Below, piece by piece: positions 42,097 through 44,742 of a stretch of 44,742 nucleotides of DNA. The stretch covers positions 16,927 to 61,668 of the forward strand of contig PBKX01000016.1 in assembly GCA_002722215.1 (NCBI GenBank). Reading direction: 5' to 3'. The stretch comes from Flavobacteriales bacterium. Its GTDB lineage: Bacteria > Bacteroidota > Bacteroidia > Flavobacteriales > TMED113. Every line of letters starts with the position of its first letter. Position 1 is the stretch's first letter. Below the pieces are notes generated by a model. That model searched no databases and was not told the origin of the DNA. It was given only the letters and a program-made list of their open reading frames with translations. Position numbers and translations under genes: made by a program.

Positions 42097-44619
42097 ATGA
42101 GAAAGATAATTTTAGCTGTGAGTATTCTTGCGTCCTTTATAAGTTTTTCGCAAACCGGATCTTTAGTCGGAAAGATACTAGACAATAATGATAAAAACCC
42201 ACTCATTGGAGTCAATCTAATTTTAGAATACAAGATATCCTCATCCAATGATATCTCCGTAGCGAAATTAACACCAGAACAAAGCGGAACCGCAACAGAC
42301 TTAGATGGCGATTTTGCATTTAGCAATTTAGAGGATGGAGAATACAAATTGACCATTTCATATATAGGATACGAACAAAAAACCCTTGACATCATTATTC
42401 TAAACAAAGAACAAGTGTCTAGAAGAATATACTTAGAGGAGGCTGTAACTAAAATGGATAATATCGTTATTTCTGCTGGTAAATTTGAACAGAAATTAGA
42501 AGAGGTGACTGTTTCAATGGATATAATTAAGCCTAATTTAATAGAAAGTAAAAACAGTACTGATCTAGAGGTTTTAATGAACCAAAGCCCAGGAGTTCAA
42601 GTGGTGGATGGTCAAGCCAATATTAGAGGGGGGAGTGGATGGAGCTATAATACCGGAAGCCGAGTTTTAGTGATGGTTGATGACATGCCTATCCTCAGTG
42701 GAGATAGAGGTACTGTTGAATGGAACATGATCCCCATGGAAAATATTTCCCAAATAGAAGTTATAAAAGGAGCTTCTTCTGTATTATTTGGATCATCAGC
42801 AATGAATGGTGTAATTAATGTCAGAACAGAATATCCTAAAGATAAGCCAGAGGCAAAAGTTTCATTTTTCTCAGGTTATTACGATACCCCTCCTAGAGAG
42901 GGTCTCCACTGGTGGGGTGATAATACACGACGATTTCAGGGACTATCTTTTAGTTATGCAGAATATAAAAATAATACTGGATTAGTTATAGGGGCGAATG
43001 TATATGCAAACGATGGATATAAAGGGGGTTATATTATTGATCCAAACGGAGATGGAACTATAAATCATGAAGACTCAATTGCCTCCAATTTTGGAGAGGA
43101 GTTGCCTGTAAGCGAAAAATGGGGCAGATTTAACTTCAGCACGGAACACAAATCCAAGAACTTTCCAGGTCTATCATATGGAATTAATGGTAACTTTATG
43201 TACTTAAGTCAATATCAATCATTAATTTTTGCACATGACTCAATTGCCTATACGCCAATTAATGTTCCGGAAGGAAGTACACCAACACATTTCACTCAGA
43301 TGATGTTTAACATAGACCCACATGTTAAATATATAACTTCTAGTAAAAAGAATCCAAAAAACCAAATTCGACACACATATAAATCTAGATTATTTAGGGA
43401 TGACTACCAACCCCTAGATGAAGAGAGAGGGTTTTCAAATGTTTTTTATCAAGAGTATCAATTTCAAAAAACTTTTAACAAAGATGATGGTCATATTGTT
43501 TCAACATCTGGACTAACCTCAAACTATATAAAAGGAGATTACGACGAAATTTATGGGGAAGGTGGGATTTCGAGAACAAAACAAATGTTTAATTATAGTA
43601 TGTATTCCCAGTTTGACTGGAAATATAAAAGATTAAACTTGTCATTTGGAGCAAGATTAGAACATTTTCTATTCCAAGAAGAATCTCTATTGGTTCCTGT
43701 ATTAAGGACTGGATTAAATTACAAATTGTTCAAAGGCACATTCTTGAGAAGTTCTTTCGGCCAGGGGTATCGCTACCCCACAATTATGGAATCATTTGTA
43801 AAAACCTCATTCCATCCAGTATATGTCTATCCAAACCCTGACCTAAAACCCGAACATGGATGGAGCTCAGAAATAGGATTAAAACAATTATTTAAAATAG
43901 GTGAATGGAAAGGTGTATTAGATCTAGCTGGATTTATCATGCACTATAATGACATGATCGAATTTACCTTTGGACAATGGGCCCTTCCCGCCCTAAATCC
44001 TATAGATAATTTTTACGGCATTGGCTTTAAGTGCGTGAACATAGGAGAAACTCAAATTAATGGCGGGGAAATCTCTTTAATGGGCGAAGGTAAGATTGGC
44101 GATGTAAATGTCTCAATTTTAGGCAGTTACACTAGGGCAAATCCAATTATTTTAAACCCAGATAGCACATATTATGAATACATCAATGCCGTTGGGGAAA
44201 CCGCTGAAATAACTTATAACAATGCTAGTCATGATACGGTTGGGAACATTTTAAAATATAGGCATGAGCATTTATTGAAATTTGATGTTAATTTAGAATT
44301 TAATAGATTTAATAGTGGACTTAGTTTAAGGTATAATTCTTTAATGAGAAATATGGACAGGATTTTCGGCTCTGGCCTATTTAATGACGGTGGAGGAACA
44401 GATGGCACTCCTACCGTACTAGATATAAGTATACTAAAGTCTAGAGAAAGAATGTTAAACGGTGACTTTATTATAGATTGGCGAGTTGGAGTTCAAGTTA
44501 ATCAAAATGTAACTTTGTCACTCATTATTGACAATGTACTAAATAGAGAATATCAAAACCGGCCTGCAGATTTAGGGGCACCAAGAACAATTACCTTGAA
44601 GCTAAGTGCAAAAATGTGA
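42097..44619 (+). CDS. TonB-dependent receptor with N-terminal carboxypeptidase-regulatory-like domain
   Basis: Signal peptide ..FS-Q; GTATDLDG.F..ISYIGY; plug IRGGSG...RVLVMVD...ENISQIEVIKGASSVLFGSSAMNGVINV; NPDLKPE; DNVLNREY..RP....PRT. Confidence 0.92.
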   Translation: MRKIILAVSILASFISFSQTGSLVGKILDNNDKNPLIGVNLILEYKISSSNDISVAKLTPEQSGTATDLDGDFAFSNLEDGEYKLTISYIGYEQKTLDIIILNKEQVSRRIYLEEAVTKMDNIVISAGKFEQKLEEVTVSMDIIKPNLIESKNSTDLEVLMNQSPGVQVVDGQANIRGGSGWSYNTGSRVLVMVDDMPILSGDRGTVEWNMIPMENISQIEVIKGASSVLFGSSAMNGVINVRTEYPKDKPEAKVSFFSGYYDTPPREGLHWWGDNTRRFQGLSFSYAEYKNNTGLVIGANVYANDGYKGGYIIDPNGDGTINHEDSIASNFGEELPVSEKWGRFNFSTEHKSKNFPGLSYGINGNFMYLSQYQSLIFAHDSIAYTPINVPEGSTPTHFTQMMFNIDPHVKYITSSKKNPKNQIRHTYKSRLFRDDYQPLDEERGFSNVFYQEYQFQKTFNKDDGHIVSTSGLTSNYIKGDYDEIYGEGGISRTKQMFNYSMYSQFDWKYKRLNLSFGARLEHFLFQEESLLVPVLRTGLNYKLFKGTFLRSSFGQGYRYPTIMESFVKTSFHPVYVYPNPDLKPEHGWSSEIGLKQLFKIGEWKGVLDLAGFIMHYNDMIEFTFGQWALPALNPIDNFYGIGFKCVNIGETQINGGEISLMGEGKIGDVNVSILGSYTRANPIILNPDSTYYEYINAVGETAEITYNNASHDTVGNILKYRHEHLLKFDVNLEFNRFNSGLSLRYNSLMRNMDRIFGSGLFNDGGGTDGTPTVLDISILKSRERMLNGDFIIDWRVGVQVNQNVTLSLIIDNVLNREYQNRPADLGAPRTITLKLSAKM

Positions 44620-44620
44620 T

Positions 44621-44742
44621 ATGAAAATTATTGCCATTATTCCCGCAAGACATGGTTCTAAACGATTATTTGGGAAACCATTAATCGAAATTCATGGAAA
44701 ACCATTAATGCAGCTAACTTATGAAGCTGTATTGCAATCCAA
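44621..44742 (+). CDS. Cytidylyltransferase of the KdsB/NeuA family, 5' part only
   Basis: Translated by hand: MKIIAIIPARHGSKRLFGKPLIEIHGKPLMQLTYEAVLQS...; GKPL favours KdsB. Confidence 0.8.
   Translation, partial: MKIIAIIPARHGSKRLFGKPLIEIHGKPLMQLTYEAVLQS

Overview
AT-rich, gene-dense chromosomal segment from a Bacteroidota genome, most likely a streamlined Flavobacteriales. The evidence is TAnnTTTG promoter elements, T9SS genes and flavobacterial gene order. From left to right it holds: a partial sprA (T9SS translocon, missing from the ORF track), ruvA and maeB; a ~5.9 kb island of six exported proteins, five with paired-Cys motifs (Cys-rich lipoprotein, T9SS-secreted thioredoxin-fold protein, TlpA, DUF6029-like barrel, Omp28-like lipoprotein, small beta-barrel); ruvB; an alternative complex III (actA-F) plus cytochrome c oxidase II/I operon; a SPOR-like gene; infB-nusA with no rimP; tRNA-Gln(TTG); a DUF2723/TMEM260-like membrane protein; the rplM-rpsI-rpsB-tsf-pyrH-frr run extended by rfbA and a prenyl diphosphate synthase; kbl; gdhA; a TonB-dependent receptor; and the start of a KdsB-like cytidylyltransferase. 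I found no mobile elements or CRISPR arrays. The best candidates for new biology are a putative trans-envelope thiol-disulfide relay (7565-13418) and an acyl-carrier-protein-like segment inserted in ActF. Also notable are other insertions in ACIII/oxidase subunits, a 13-unit 18-bp minisatellite in infB, and a Fur-box-like site next to a 24-bp tandem duplication upstream of the respiratory operon. Family assignments come from motif recognition, not database searches.
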